A stretch of DNA of 64,000 bases, taken from NCBI GenBank assembly GCA_030704615.1, contig CM060731.1, positions 23,374,001 to 23,438,000 of the forward strand, in the 5' to 3' direction. The DNA is from Takakia lepidozioides (taxonomy: Eukaryota > Plantae > Bryophyta). Below are positions 37,445 to 50,400 of this stretch, piece after piece (positions within the stretch are counted from its first letter, which is position 1; each line of letters begins with the position of its first letter). A model generated the notes under the pieces. The model had not been told where the DNA came from and ran no database searches. It saw only the letters and a program-made list of their open reading frames with translations. The position numbers and the translations under genes are program-made.

Positions 37445-40400
37445 ATGGCTGCCACGCTTGCGTTGCCCTCCACTGTGGCGCTGCCATTCTCCTCTGAAGC
37501 AGTACTAGGTACTTGCATTACTTCTTCTCCTTACGCATTCTCTCTGTGTGGCTCTGTGGTTTGAATGGGAAGGAGGTTTCGCTGGCACTAAACCCCGAGA
37601 GAATATAATATAACTGCTTTGGCTGTCGTAGTCTCACCGGATGTTCTAGCAGCTGGGCGCTAATGGGGTCCTTCACCGTGCTCTTGTGGTGAGAGTGCTA
37701 CAAAGAAGTTGTGGGCTTTGTATTTCTTAGGCCATGCCCAGCAGGGAAGCACGCTGTAGCTTGGAATTTGAAGACACGCGGTGGACAGCAGATGGAGGAT
37801 TGTTTCACAGTAATCTACTGAGCTTTGCACACGGATTTACTGAGCACTTTGGGGTTTCGGGTGCATTCTACACATCAAGTCCTAGACAGCGGCATGGAGC
37901 TTGCCAAACACTAGCTAGCTGGAAGAGATACAGAAATATATGCGATGGGTTTAAGAGAGCAAAGCGACAATGCTCGGATTTAATGTAGCACACACAACAC
38001 AGGACATGTGGCTCGCCTTCAAATCTGCAAGTTACTACAGTAGAAGTGATTCGTACATGGTTCTTCTAGAGAATGATGGGGGATTGTGGCAACGCGCCAT
38101 CCGTCTCTTCGGTTGTGGATGGGCCAACATTTTTTCATTTGAGATGCTATATAATTGTGGTAGCTTGGAGTCACTGCTAGACTTCCACTGGACAAAGCAA
38201 GTTTGTGCTTGACAAGATAAACAAGCCTCTCCGTAGATCTGCATAAACGAAGCCAACTTCTGGTTTTCTGGTGATGTTATGAAGCAGGTTTTACAAGAAG
38301 GTTAAGATCACCTTGGAAAGCACTCAGTGTTGTATGCTGCAAAAGAAGTGAAAGTGAGGGAAGCATCAGCTTAGAGACAGGAGTGAGAGGGCAACAGGCA
38401 GTTGCCTGCAAGCAACCCATGTTTACAGATGCCTCGCATCTTATTGCAGTTAATCCTGCAAAGGTAATTTAATGCTCTTGTGTTTTGCCCTTCTTTTCTT
38501 GCTATGAGACCACTGTATACTCTAGTTATTCATTTTCATTGGCACAAATTGAATGCACATTGTCAGACTCCAGTGAATGATAGTTTAAGGTATGCGAGGG
38601 GCAGTGTGAAGACTTGAGACTTGAAGTCATTGTTAAGTAGGATGAATGGTCTTCTGAAGTCGTAGTAGCCATAAGTGGTGCCACAAACTCAATCGGTACA
38701 CGAGCAGCAAATAATGACATGGTGACTTTTATGGAACATACCTCTGCGAATGATATACTTTTATGAGTATGACTGAGGCAGTGCAGTGGGATCCTCTGCA
38801 TTGGGACAGCTGCATTATGGCGTGTGTGTGGCGGATCTTGATGGGGATGGAGAGTCGGAGCTCTTTGTCTGTGGTTTTGGAGCTGAGAATCAATTGCTGA
38901 AGGTGAGAAGCATGCTTTCCTTTCCTGAATGACATATTTTCAACAGGGTGAAGGGTCACACCAGGAGCTTAAAACTAGGGCTCATGTGAGGTTTGAAATG
39001 TGACAGTGTGCCCTGTGGTTGGGAATGAGGCAGTGTGTTGGCTGATGCAAGGGTGGTGATGATTGCAGTGGACAGGCAAGGAATTGGTAAATATTGCCAT
39101 TGGCACTCCTTTACAGGATCCTGACAGTAAATCCATTGGTGTGGCAGCTGCTGACTTTGATGGTGATGGCCAAGAGGAGGTATTGGTCCCTTTCGGAAAA
39201 ATGCTTTACCCTTCCCCTTTCCCCCCTTCCAACAACCACTAATAAAGTGCGTTCCTCATGTTGAAAAGCCTGTCATAGTGGTGCCAGTGCCACGATTGAG
39301 CTCTTGACTGGATTGTCCTGATCACTAGCCTTTTAGCTTTAGTAATGGGGGAATTGTTATGCACATCAGTCAGAAAGTACTAGCCACAAGGGGCCATTTT
39401 TGCATGTCAGAAAATGAATCCCCTCCTTGATGCCCACCTTCTGTAAGTTTTTCCTGTGCAGTATGTGTTGTGAGTTGGAATCATGGTACCATGCGTTTGA
39501 AAGTTGCCTGTGCATGTGTGCTGCAGCTTTATATCTTAAATGCAGACACATTTCTTGGTCGAAAGAAGGTGACTGATCGATTATTTGATCGTCAGCAATT
39601 CAGGTGGGAACGAATACCTTCCTCTCTTGTAATTGACTTGTACATTTAGACATAATGACCACAACTTCATGCAGATCCATGAGATTGAAAATAGAGGTTT
39701 GGGTTTATAGCTCTATTAGCGTGAATGTGCAGTGGGTAAATCTGAGCAGAGGTGATTATGGGCTGGGGAGGCAGCTGGGTGGACCTCTTTTCGATGCCCA
39801 TGAACATGGATGACTCCAATATGTGTGCTGGACGTTCTGTGTGTTGTGTTGATCGCAAAGGCACTGGCAAGTGGGTTCCACTGCCTCTCTCCTCTCCGTT
39901 GTTTTTCAGTCAGTATGCTGGCTCCTGAAAGGTCCCTACTATGCTCTTGGGGGTCTGCAGAAGGCTTGAGCTTACCACAGTTTGCTGTGGAGCATTGAAC
40001 TGGACCATCTCTGTCTATTGAGTAGGCTACGGCAAACAAGGTCTTATGAGTACATTCTGTCTATTCGGTGCAAGAGGAGACTGAGGGTGATATATCCTGT
40101 AGATGGAGATGGAGGAATCTAGGTTTGTACTTTCAGTAAGGGTTCAATTATGTGGTGCAGGTATGGGTTCTTTGTGGCTAACTATGGAGGCTTCATGAAG
40201 GTATGCACGTGTTGTTCAGTATTGTCTTGCGTGTCGACTTTGAGAACAATGATTTATGTAGGCATGATAGCTTGCTCAGAATAATGTGATAGTGTCTCTC
40301 ATTTGCTCCTCCTTTTCCCGTGGGTCTGGGGAAATTGGTATGAATGTAGGGCAGCTGTTTGAGTTGTCTGAAGAAGGCTTTGTGGCGGACGTTGCTTCAG

Positions 40401-43400
40401 AGGCAGGGCTGGTGACATACCCCACTGGCGGCCGTGCACTCGTGGCATTGCCCCTGATTTCACACTCTACTATGGATATATTTGCTGGCAACGAGGTACC
40501 TACCTTCCAACATAATGTCAGGATCTGGTTCCCGTATCGCCCAAAATATTTGGAGCAGATTGGAACGAATCAGCTGCCTTTTGCTATTTCAACATGAAAT
40601 TGCTTGTTGCAAGGTGAAAAGAGGTTTTACTAGTACTCTCTGAAGTCAGAATTGATGGAGTAATTGGTCACCGCTAAATGTACATGCCACTGATCTTTTG
40701 TGGTGTAGGGCGGGCCAAACTTTTTATTTTGTGACAAAGGTGACAATCGTGGACACTACGTCGAGTGTGCCGCTGCATATGGGTAAGAGTTGTGAAATCT
40801 GTATTTTGTAGATACCTTGTAGAGCCCTGCATGATTTGAACTTGAATTTACTCCACAGAACCTCATAATAGATGGCCTTGATTTTCCTTTCTGTCAAAGA
40901 TGGAAAGATGCTCTCCGCTTAGTTCAACATAAATGGTTTTAGATTGATGTGGTAGATAATTTGCAATGTGTGTTGAAGTGTATGTCGTCTTCCTCTGCTT
41001 TATTGGTGTTGAAGTCCAGGGCCCCTCGATAGATTCTTTTTGGTATTTATGCATAATTTGCTTGACATTTTTCCTTTTCCTTATAATTGCTAGTAAGCAG
41101 TTGGGGATGTTTTAGCGAGAGTTAGCTCTGTAAACCCTGGTAAATGAAAACATCCAGGTCGTGGTTAGGAACTTTTCTTGCCATATCATGTAAAGCCTTC
41201 ATGTTTGTCTCTGCGTGATTGCAGGCTGATGGATACTATGGAAAATTGCCGAGGAGTCGCGGTGGTTGATGTGAAGGGTAACGGTGAATTGGGCCTAGCA
41301 TGTGGCAACTGGCAGGTATTGCGCTGATATGTGAAAACTATTCCAGTTTCATGCCAAGCCTTGATTGATGACATACCTGAAGTTACCTGTGTACTGCTTA
41401 AGGCATAAGAGCTTGAAATTGGAAAGTCTTGTTTTGAGGATGGAATCACATCATGGATGAGAGAGAACAGCTAAAATGTAAGTCACCAGCAGTATGCTCG
41501 AATTTGTGCGACTTGTACTCTCTGGTATGGAGGAAGGGACAATGTTATAGAGGATTTTTGGTGCCATGTACAGCATGCTGAGTCATCTCCAACTTGTGGA
41601 ATACCTGGCAGGGTCCTCACAGGCTATATGCACCTTCAGGACCAGGGCCAGTAGGGGGAGCAAGAGCGCTGGGTTTTAATGATGCAGATATGGGCGGTTT
41701 TGTGGATGTGGCTCCCTCTGACATGGCACAACCCTCAGCCATTCGCACAGTCATTGCAGCTGATTTTGACAATGATGGCTATGAAGAGCTTTTCTTCAAC
41801 AATATTGGTGATAACAATAGACTATTCCGACAGGTTGCCACTTCGATTTTTGTGGGATGTTGGAAACAACTCGTCTGAACTAATGCATATAGTTAAACGG
41901 GCAGGATGTTACATTGGGAGAGCATGTATGGCGTAAGTCGTTCCTGACCTGGTCGCTAGCTATCAGGCCTTGGTGCCAGTTCTTGTACAGTATATGGCAG
42001 GACTGTCTAAAAAAGTATCTCCCATCTTAGGAAGAGTGCCCTCTAGCATTGTGGAAAACAGGTGGATTGATAGGTCAGCATAGTAGAAGCTGCGTCGGTT
42101 GGAGGTTGACAGGGTGATGGTGGAGGCAGAATGGAGCAGGAAATTGGATTGAAGGTGAGATTGGCGATGCTAAAGAGCCAAAAGGCCTTGGAACTGGTGC
42201 TGCTGTGGCGGACATCGATGGGGATGGCCGGCTGGAACTACTTATGTAAGCAATTTCTTTTAGCTGCTTTTTCTGGAGCTTAGCAACTCTGCAGTAGCCT
42301 GTATTGTTTCTGGTCCTCAAAGAAACAGTATCTCGCTGCATCTGAACATTGCAAAATGTATGTTTGAAGCCATTCATGGAAACAGGCATAAGTTTCATTT
42401 TTTGACAGGCAGAAGAATAGTACTGTCACAGGAAAACTATAAAGTTGATGATGGTAGTGAGTCAGGTTGCACGTTGTGGGTTGGTCATGACAGCTTCTAG
42501 TGACCCTCTGCAGATCTCATGGAGAGCTTCGGCCGCAGCCTCTTTCATTGTATCGATCTCCTGAAAATGACAATGCCTGGATTCGAGTTAGGCCACTTAC
42601 CATGCAGGTGCGGTTGTTGGCCCTCACATACTTCTGTATCTCAACTGTGGTGCAAAGCTTTGGGGAAGTTGGTGTCAGTTTTGTGCGTACTTATTCTGGT
42701 CGTAAATAATATAGGTGATATGAAATGGCTAATATACAGCCCGCAAGTCTGGTGTGGGATTCCCAATTACCTCTCAGTGTACATTTTGTTAGATGTTCTC
42801 TAAGTTTTTGCTTATAGAAGTTGGAATGTCACTGAAGCACTAACATCATTGCATTCCAATCAGGGTGCACCTGCAAGAGGGGCGTCTGTGAAGCTGTATG
42901 ATGAGACAGGTCGCATTCAGAAGCGTGTAATTGATGCAGGAAGGTAGGTGTTCACTCCTGCTCACATGACCTTCATAGGAGGAGGTCCACAACTTCATGT
43001 TTAGCAGGGCAAAGTACTGGAGTTTTTGTCAGGACACTGTTTGGGGGCCCTTATGTGTAGGATGAGGCCCGAGGACCGGGGCCTCACCATGCGTAAAGAA
43101 ACGGCAAGGATTTCGGTTTTTGTTGGCTGGGATTTCCTTGATCTGGCGGCTCACAAGAGCAGGAACCTTACGCGACGTAAGTGCCATCCTCACCTAGCAG
43201 AAAAATCCTGCCTGGTAAGGCGCCATCCTCTCTAACTAAGGAATCCTGGCCGGGTTTTTACGGCTTGGTGTGTTCAGAGGCTTTTGATCTGATTTGGTGA
43301 AGTGTACCACTTCATGAACAAAACAAACTGCCCTCGCGACAGTATGTATTTTAGTTTTAGTTGCAGCTAATCTGGATGTTTCTGGTCATCATAATGCTGT

Positions 43401-43793
43401 TGGCTAAGATACTTGCTGAAGCTGATGAGGGGATTGTTGTGCCTGTTTCTGGTATTGGGGGATTGCAACGGCACATGGACAGTGGCTACCTGTGCTGTAT
43501 GGAGGTAATATTCTCTCCACAAACTAGTTCCCTTTCTAAAGAGGGTGCAGAGTAGCACAACCTTGTATGACTGCCTAAATGAACAGATGAATCAACTAAA
43601 TTTAAAGGAAAGAGATGGTGTGTGTGCTGACATGCCTTTGGGTGTGTTCATGGTGGTTGTACAGCCTGTGGCACATTTTGGACTTGGGCAATTACAGGGT
43701 CCTGTCAAACTGCTAGTCACATGGCCAGATGGCACCTCGCTGGAGATGGTGGATGTTGCCCCTCGCCAGCTCATCTGTGTGCCACATCCTTGA
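37445..43793 (+). CDS. CRTAC1-like FG-GAP beta-propeller / ASPIC-UnbV domain protein (~16+ exons; start uncertain)
   Basis: Exons encode YGVCVADLDGDGESELFV, IGVAAADFDGDGQEE, TDRLF, AGRSVCCVDRKGTG, YGFFVANYGG, IRTVIAADFDNDGYEELFFNNIG, GTGAAVADIDGDGRLELL, GAPARGA..RVIDAG-SGYLCCME-PVAHFGLG..VTWPDG. Confidence 0.88.
43085..43270. mobile_element. Small degenerate MITE-like inverted-repeat element in an intron
   Basis: Left end CACCATGCGTAAAGAAACGGCAAGGATTTC versus reverse complement of right end CACCAAGCCGTAAAAACCCGGCCAGGATTCC; no clear TSD. Confidence 0.5.
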
Positions 43794-44472
43794 TAATTTT
43801 TGCAATTTTCTGTTAGACTTTCTACCACTCCTAGCTATCCCATTTCCCTTAAAGTAGTAGTTTCTTGATGGTTTTGGTGTTGCTGTCTGGAGAGAAAATG
43901 TATTTTCATGATACGAACATGTCTTGCAATGGTTATGCATGTGATGGATCTTGCAAATTCTAGAAGTGTTTGATTTTGAAAATCATATAGCAAACAGAGT
44001 GCACAACCAAATTGATCTTGGTGGATACGAAATCTTTCAATGACAGCAATATCCTGAAAAGAGAGAAATTTACAAGTTTGTCAATGTTTAGATTTTGAAG
44101 AGTTACTCTCAATTCTTATCAAACTATCACATAACTGGGAGAAAATTTGACCAAAGGTCCATCATGTTCTTAGAAGCTTATTTCAGGAGTATATTTGCAA
44201 TTTGATAGGAAATCAACTTTGAAGCAAGCAGTTTCAAGTCCTACTTAAACACTCCAGCTGCAAGCAATTTCCCAAGACATAACCAAAAGCATACAATCGA
44301 TTGGACATTGTTGTGAAACTGTCTGTGAACTGTTCCAGACTTTGACATGTGAAATAGATTTCTTAATTCAGACTCCAGGAACCTGTGGACTAGGTCAAAA
44401 TGTGAACCCCACCTGTACTCATCCCTAGAAGAACTTATGACAGCACTCCTGTTTCAAGCTTTGCGGACTCAC

Positions 44473-47400
44473 CTATGTCTCAGAATTGGCCGTGGGGACA
44501 CCAAAAATGCGCAGATTACGATCACTGCTCCCAATTGCAAGATATGTTGCATCAGGGCCAAATCGAACTGATGTGACTTTTCCTGGAAACCAAGGACCCC
44601 ATCAAAAAACCCAACAAAGATGAAATCACCATGGTAGGCACTGCAAGCACATGATGTATGCTAGATAGAGATGGGAAGAGGGGATACACCAAATATATCT
44701 GCGTGAGAGCCCAGTAAACTCTGAACCCACATTTGAGAGGTAACCAAAAATATAATATGCCACAATGCAGGAAAGGAGAACTTTCAAAGATGAACAAACA
44801 TACCAATTGAAGAGTGAAGAAACCATCAAGTGAAGTCACACTGCAGTAGAAAGAAAATCGAGAGGAATGAAACCAAGAGGAATACTTGGAGGTACATAAC
44901 TGAAGACGCGTGCTCAAGGAATGCCGAGGGTCAAAGATTGTACTCATAAGACGTTGTTTGCCGTAGCCTTGTGGCCATTGACCCCGCGCCCAGTTTGAGC
45001 GGGAACAAAAGGGACAGAACCTACCTCTGTCAGGGGCTGACGTTGGTAGTAAGACTTACCTCCATATAAAGAATTAATCCGGGTTTTCCAGATATCCTCT
45101 AGAAATCCCTTCACACAAGCATCAATCTGCTGTGTGTGATTTGCCCAAAAACTAGGCCTCAGGAGGGCCTGGGCTTTTGGCTCAGCCTCGAGACTTTCAA
45201 AGTTGGTAAACAGGGGTACAGGCACAATTCCCTTAATAGATTTGAAGAGAGCGTCTCTTTGGTGAGAGAACCCCGGACAGTGTATCAGAAAATGAATACT
45301 GTCTTCAGATTGCCCACAGATTGCCGAGGGTCAAAGAGAACAAATAAGAGTGTAGCACTGTGGCTAGACGTAGATGAAAAGAGAAGAAAGGGGTTGAGGG
45401 TGGGAGGATTGGGTGTACCTGTCCCAGACAAGTCAGGGAAAACTTTGATGGTATTCCACTCCTGCTTAACACTTGCTACTTGATATAATCTGCACCATCC
45501 AGCCCCACCTCCATTACAACATTGCCTCCCAAAGCGCTGATAGCGGTGCCTCAGATAGAGAGGGATGCCAAGATCCCACCAGGTATCAATGATATGATAT
45601 TCCTATTCACTGACATAGAAGAGAGAGCCATGGGCTTGGATAAGCATCAAGATGTAATCATACAGGAGAGGAAAGAGAGAGCACCGGATATCCGAGCCAC
45701 CAACAGCCAAGTAACTGCCGCTGTAGTCAAATTCCACTGCAACAAGAAACTCCAACATCCAACTTGGAGAAAATTCCATGCAATTGGGTAATATGAGGTT
45801 CTATGCTTCTGGTGAATCAAATGCGTTCACATGGGATAAGAGAATCTGCAAACTTTAGCAATAAAGACAGTCAAGGATTAATCTGACAAAAAAAGCATGC
45901 CTTCGGTAACTATCACTAGGTCGCACAAACATGATGACCCATACCTGTGTTGGTGGGGGTGCTACTGTCATAGGGGGAAAAAGATCGGAAGTTCTTCAGC
46001 TTGCGGAGATCCCAGAGCTTCACTCCGTCATGGGCAGCTGTCTGCAGACAGAAAAAGCAGTAAAATGAACTGGGACAAGAAGGGAAGTCAGAAACTAAAA
46101 TATAGGAAGGCCCTCATGCATACAAGAGCTGCAAAGCCCAAGTTCAGTTTCAGGTAACTCGCACCCGTATAGCCAAAGTGGAGTTTACTGCACCTACTGC
46201 TATTGAGATTCTTTCTTTCAGTACTTATCTGACCCGAACAACACGTTTGTGCTCTAAAATTTAGACTCACTCAAGAAGTACCACCACAATGATAGCCGGG
46301 AGTCAAGGTGCATGTTCTATAGACTTGCAGTCAGAAGCAAACATGCTTCTATTTCAGCTCAGACATTCTATGCCACAATTCATGTCATCTCTGAAATACT
46401 CAGATTAGGTATGTGGAAGGAAAGGATCTGGATACTCACTGCCAGGAAGTATCCATTTTCTGAGAAGGAAATGTCGGTGACAGGCCCTGTGTGCCCTTCA
46501 AACTTGGCCACATTGGCCTGCCCCCCTCACAACCAGACACCAACATATTGAATGCCCATTACTCCCTCAGATAAACCAGCAACCCTATTCTCTTTTACTC
46601 AACACACTACTGCAAGCGAAGTCTTATGAGTATGTCTGGTTTTCTCTCTGAGTGACAGTCTTTATCTGTCTTATGAGTACATTCTCTATCCAGAGCTATT
46701 CTCTTGTTCTCGGTTTCCCTCCCTCCTTCCGTTTCACGTATCCCTCTTTTTGTCTCTTCAAGATGCAATCATTGAGATAAGACAACACCTGCGATTTGAC
46801 ATCCCAAATACGGACAAGTGACTCAGCAGTGCCAGTTCCAAGAATAAGGCCATCAGGATGGAAGGATGCTGATGTGTACCCCTCTTGCACTGTAGGCTCG
46901 CTCACCTTCCCGGTCCACCACCCCCACTCACAAAGTTTAAATATGACTGACAGTGTAGTATGCAACAGTAAGAAAGAAAGAGATAAATGCTGTTAACAAA
47001 ACCTTGGAAGCAAATCAACAACTGATCCTATGCTGAAAATACATTCTACTTCTAAAGGAATACATAGACTTGGAATCAAGAGTGTTAATCTGAAGGCCCT
47101 GGCCTTCTGACAAACAGATAGTGCATTTCTCTGGTACTGGGCACAAGGCCAAGACTAGGCTTATCCTGCACCAATCACACAGATGTTAGAACTCAAACTA
47201 AGAAAAATCCCGTTTTATCAATCACACTTCTCCACTAGGAAAAGGGAACTGGCCGTGACAACATGCAGGGCAGACTTCTTCAAATGGGTTATCATATGTT
47301 CTCCAATAGAGAAGGAAAGCAGTCAAGACCTGTGCCAGGCAGATGCCCGAGGAGAGATCATAGAAGCCCCATGTCTTGTCCAACGAAGCAGTCACAAAGT

Positions 47401-50400
47401 AGTTCTGCGTAGCGTGGACTGTCACGGCCCTCACCTGCCATTCCCATCCCCCCATTTATCGCCCATGCAAATGTTTTTCTTTGTATACTACAGTCCCAAC
47501 ACGTGGCTTTGTTTCTCTAACTGTTGGCCCCCAAGTGTGCCAGCCATCAACTCCAAGAGGAAGAGCCGAATCCATCATACCTCAGCAGTATGATCTTTCA
47601 AGACATGCTTGCAGTCATAGCTGCCATCCTCCTTTCCTTGCCAAATACGCACAGTCTGAAACTCCATCACCTTATCATTAATGCTTGACCCGAATCCGGT
47701 AAATGCGTAGACAATGTCAGTAAAAGCATGTAAAGGCCCGTGTAAACATGTAGTTCTTTATAACCCAACGACATCAGGCAGTATTTAGAAAAAAGCTCCT
47801 CCAAATCATCGATAATGTGAATACATCTATTATGAGAAAGAAAACACCACCTTGTCAGCTGAGCCAGTAAGTACGAAGTCATCCCGTGACACAAACTTCA
47901 CACTGGTCACCTGAAGAGAATAATCCAACCAGGGACGCGGAAGTGACTTCAGTTTTTCATCTATGGATGGCCTAGCTGCCATCTTCCATGCTGGGAAAGA
48001 TACTATCGTGCAGCTGAAGATCCAGTTCCTTAAGAGAGAAGACCAAATTGGGGACTGACATTGATTGTGCCAGCAGTTACAAGCTGAAATTCTCTCATAC
48101 TATGCTCTCCACATCAGTGACCAGGGCTGTAACTTTCAGTATCAGCTGACACAATCTCAAATCGAGACAAACAGATGGAGTGGCATACAGGATAGGGCCT
48201 GCCTGGCATGTATCCTGTATAGGTTACCGTCATAACATTGGTAACTGTTACACTCCATCTGTATCATGTATGCCCAGCTTGCATCATGCAAATAGTGACA
48301 GGAACATTTAATCCTTCAAGGTAGACAATCAACATTAGGGCACAAGTCTGTGGTTGTGGGTTCAAACCACATATTGGATGTCATAAAGGTGTCCACCCTC
48401 GCACTGAGGCAGTAGCCCTTCGGGACCAAAAGTTACGCTTGCTTTGGCAACGCATTCACAATGCCCTCCATCTTTTGTGCAGCAATTTAGTGTTGACTGC
48501 TTTGCATACATTACTGTCGCATAAGCTCTTGGGCTTACAGTTATGTCTTTCATTCATCTATTTCTTGGTTCATTTGAACCTTGATGCTGTTAGCCCTGTG
48601 CAAGCCCAAATACATTCAAATGGCATGTTTGAACTAGGCGCAATAATATACCCGCTTGCTGTGCCCAGAAAGTTGCGAGAGTATCTCGCCCGAGCTGCGG
48701 TTGAACACTGTGGCCATGCTATCAACACCTCCTGTCAATATCAGATCCTGCCACAGCACACATCTATGATGAATCCATAGCCTTCTACCTTCTTTGTAAT
48801 CTTTGCAATCAGCACAAACATTGCCACAGGAAGAGAAGGAATCACAGAGAGTACCACCAATCTTCTGAGCATACAACTGATTTACACTGAATACAAATAG
48901 TTTTATACCATCTGATAGACGTGCCGGGTAGAATTCATAAAGAACTGAGAACACCAAAGACACGTACCCTGTACAGATGTACATCCGTGGATAGGACGCC
49001 AGGCTTGGCACTGGCATGAAGAGGATGGCTGGCCACCTGTGTGTAACGCTCCAAAGCTTCAGGTGTAACCAATGTCTGAGAAATCTGCACATTCCATCAA
49101 AGAAACTCTGAACATTTATTTTGCCAGTGTCAGCACAAGTTAAATTTGCAGTAAGGACATGCCCTTTGTTCAAAACTGCCCCCCTAACTTCTCCCTTGAC
49201 CCTACAAACCCTGGTCTGTTTCTTCACAACTCATTTGACTAATTCATAGAGGCCAACACATTTGCAGTTTCCACTTTGACAGTCACAACCTCTAATTCCA
49301 ACCCTTATTGCGGGACATCCACCAGGAAAATGAGAGCAGCACAACAGACCTGCCGCTTTTTGCGTTGACCAGAAAGACGGGCATTGCAATCAGTAAGCTC
49401 TTTGATGATTTCAGCTGTGATAACCTGCCGTGGTTTCTTTCCAGGAGTCACAGATTCTGCCTCTGCCTCGGGAGCTGAACAACCGTTCCACTGTCAGCAT
49501 TCGGGGCCCTACGGAAATTTTAAAGTTACGTATATTTAAACATACTTGATGCTCCTGACAGCCATGTGTGTTACACATTATATGTGCATTCTGGACAAGG
49601 CATAATTTGAGGTTTGACTTATGGACTCTGAAAATGACCTACTTTGATCATTACTCAAGGTTGACAAACAAACCTCGCTTCCCGTTGCTGCTGACTGGTG
49701 GGGCAGAAGGTGCTGGGACCATGGCTGATGTAGCAGGGACTTGCCTTTCAGCTTGGACCAGCAGCTCACGGGCCTCATCTCTCTCTTTCTTCAGCCTTGA
49801 TATCACTCGACATGCTGCATCATGCTGCATCACCACACCCTGTTGCATTATTTAGCTCTATCTAAGCCTGCATATTCTAGCAATCACCACAGTATGACAC
49901 TTTATGGAGTTTCACAGTACAATCATCATTGACCAGCAGGGCACTCCATATGTTGCAATGGCAAGGCCTTTACATTGAATACATCTTCTGCCTCTCCTTG
50001 ACTGCGCATATTTTCTGGCCATATTGGGAGTGGGTCTCTGGCCAGACGGTTGCACACACATACACACATTTTCCCAGTTGGTGATGCAATCACAGTGACA
50101 GGACATTTCTGTGTCAGATCGAGGCTAGAATGGCAGAGCTGGAATCAACATTTCTGTTTCTAGTATTATACGATAGATAGCTAAATGACCCATTGTAGCA
50201 AAAGTCTATCCGACTTACCATATCCCAGCTGGTGGGTCAAAAAGGAGGATTGAGGCAGTGTGCCCTCAAGGGTGAGTCCTAGCCAATGGAATCAATGAGA
50301 GGATCCTCTCCCTCTCTCTCTTCCCTCTCCACACTTTCACACAACATTTTGTAAGTGATAGATTAGGGTTTGTACGAGGGTAAAGAGAAAGACGGGAACC

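Noticed and set aside
48634-49227. 197-aa ORF on -
   Set aside because: Read-through across PRP19 introns and small exons, not a separate gene.
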